Positions 62,224 to 64,000 of a DNA stretch of 64,000 nucleotides are shown here, one piece after another. Positions within the stretch are counted from its first letter, which is position 1. The number at the start of each line of letters is the position of its first letter. The notes beneath the pieces are model-generated. The model saw only the letters and a program-made list of their open reading frames with translations, did not search any database and was not told the DNA's origin. The position numbers and the translations under genes are program-made. Source of the DNA: Octopus vulgaris (lineage: Eukaryota); contig OX597821.1 in NCBI GenBank assembly GCA_951406725.2, positions 33,418,001 to 33,482,000 of the forward strand, read 5' to 3'.

Positions 62224-64000
62224 GATCACTAAAATACTTTTATAAATTAATATCCACCGTTTGAACTTTTGTGACGAGTAAATAAAACGCATTATAGAAA
62301 AGAAAGAAATATTTCATACTGCTTAAGGCGGCGAGCTGGCAGAAACGTTAGCTTAGCGGTGTTTCGTCCGCCGTTACGTTCTGAGTTCAAATTCCGCCGA
62401 GGTCGACTTTGTCTTTCATTCTTTCGGGGTCGATAAATTAAGTACCAGTTACGCATTGGAGACGAAGTAATCGACTTAATCCGTTTCTCTCTCCTTGTTT
62501 GTCCCCTCTGTGTGTAGCCCCTTGTGGGTAGTAAAGAAATAGGTATTTCGTCCATCCTTACGTTCGGAGGTCAAATTCCGCCTTTCATCCCTTTTGGGAT
62601 TACTCTAATAATAAAAAGAATACATAATCCAAAAATATCTAAAACTATCTTAGGGTGGGATTTGAGAAAAACTTCGCTGTTATTTCTAGCAGGTCGAGCA
62701 ATCAAAGTGGCGGGTTCATCACTGGAGAGACAGTAAGCATATCGATCATAATATAGCAAATTAATATTTAATCGTCTGTTTGTTTTTTTCTTTTTCGTCT
62801 GTGTTCAGGTCCCAACTGTCCACTTTCGTGTATATTCAAATTAGATTAGTATCTACTATGCTTCCTTACTAGCATGACGGAGACGTAACCCCACTTCCCA
62901 CATTTTTTTTACGGAAACTTGCGTTTTCGGTTGTGGAGGTTCCAATTCTGAAAAAAAATGGCTAAATTCCCATCTACAAAATTTCAATTTTTCAAAAAAA
63001 AAAAGAAGGAAAAAAACCAACCCCCACCTCTCGATTCTACGGCTTTCAAGCAAGCTATCCACATGCTAGAAATAACAGCCAAATCTCACACAAACTCTTT
63101 TTGACACATACATATATACTCTGCATCGAATGCCTTGCTGTATAAGTCTTTGCCTTTCCCTTGGACAACATTGGTGGCATGGAGAGGGTACGCTGGTATG
63201 CACAGGTGACTGCTGGTCTTCCATAAACAAATTTGCCCAGACTTGTGTCTTGGAGGGGAACTTACTAGGTGCAATCTCATGGTCATTCATGACCGAAGGG
63301 GATCTTTACCCTTTTCCCCTACAAAATATTAGTAACCACACAGGTCCTCTACAAAAACCTGCACTACCGCACCTCCTTCTCATAGATCATTCTCTTGTCC
63401 GCTGGCATGAAGCTGACCCCACCCCCACAGGACTTGTAGTTCTGCGATGTACATGGCAACCTCAATAGACAGGTGGTATGAAAAAAAAAGCACCCAGTCC
63501 ATGTTGTAAAGTGGTTCATATTAGGAAGGGCATCTAGCCATAAATAGGAGACAAAACACAGACATTGGAGCACAGTGCAGTTCTTGGACACATCGGATCC
63601 TGTCAAACAGTCCAGCCCAGGCCAGCAAGGAACATGGATGTTTGATGGTGATGATTTATATATTTTTTGTGAAAATGTTCCCGAATATAACAACACGACA
63701 ATCAAGGTAATAATGAACATAATTATAAGCATGCGTGTATGTATAGATAGTAAATTGATTACATATTTCTTTCATTATTTTGTCGCAGTTTTTTTTTTGG
63801 TTTTTTATTTTCACCCAACAAATTCCTACATGATGAAAAACTACACTACCTGAAGCATATATGAAGAAAATTTTAATTTCTCCCCTCGCCACTCCAATTT
63901 CTTCATTTTTACCTTTTCTTCGAATTTTTTAAAATCCACATAGAAATTCTACGTGGATTTAAAAAAAAATTGAAAACAGTTTAGTCGAGCAAATCGACCC

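Overview
Eukaryotic, AT-rich, repeat-dense genomic DNA, most likely from an octopus (inferred from the SINE and RTE repeat families). One minus-strand gene dominates the window: a NUP214/CAN nucleoporin orthologue. I traced 22 GT-AG coding exons by hand from the ATG (61587) to 573, with consistent splice phases (about 1195 codons). They cover the beta-propeller, a Ser/Thr/Pro-rich region with scattered FG/FSF motifs, the coiled coil and an acidic exon. The 3' end lies beyond the left edge. The introns hold a 5'-truncated RTE LINE with an intact ORF, a PHD finger inside its RT region and a 61-62 bp tandem array in its 3'UTR. They also hold an ORF1-only (HAL1/Tx1-like) retroelement inserted into a SINE tRNA head, and a tRNA-headed element with inverted Penelope-type hammerhead motifs. 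Other intronic content includes mariner and Tigger fossils, Helitron-like elements, MITEs, many SINEs, two long palindromes and a decayed copy of exon 7. No computation or database search was run; TE boundaries are approximate.
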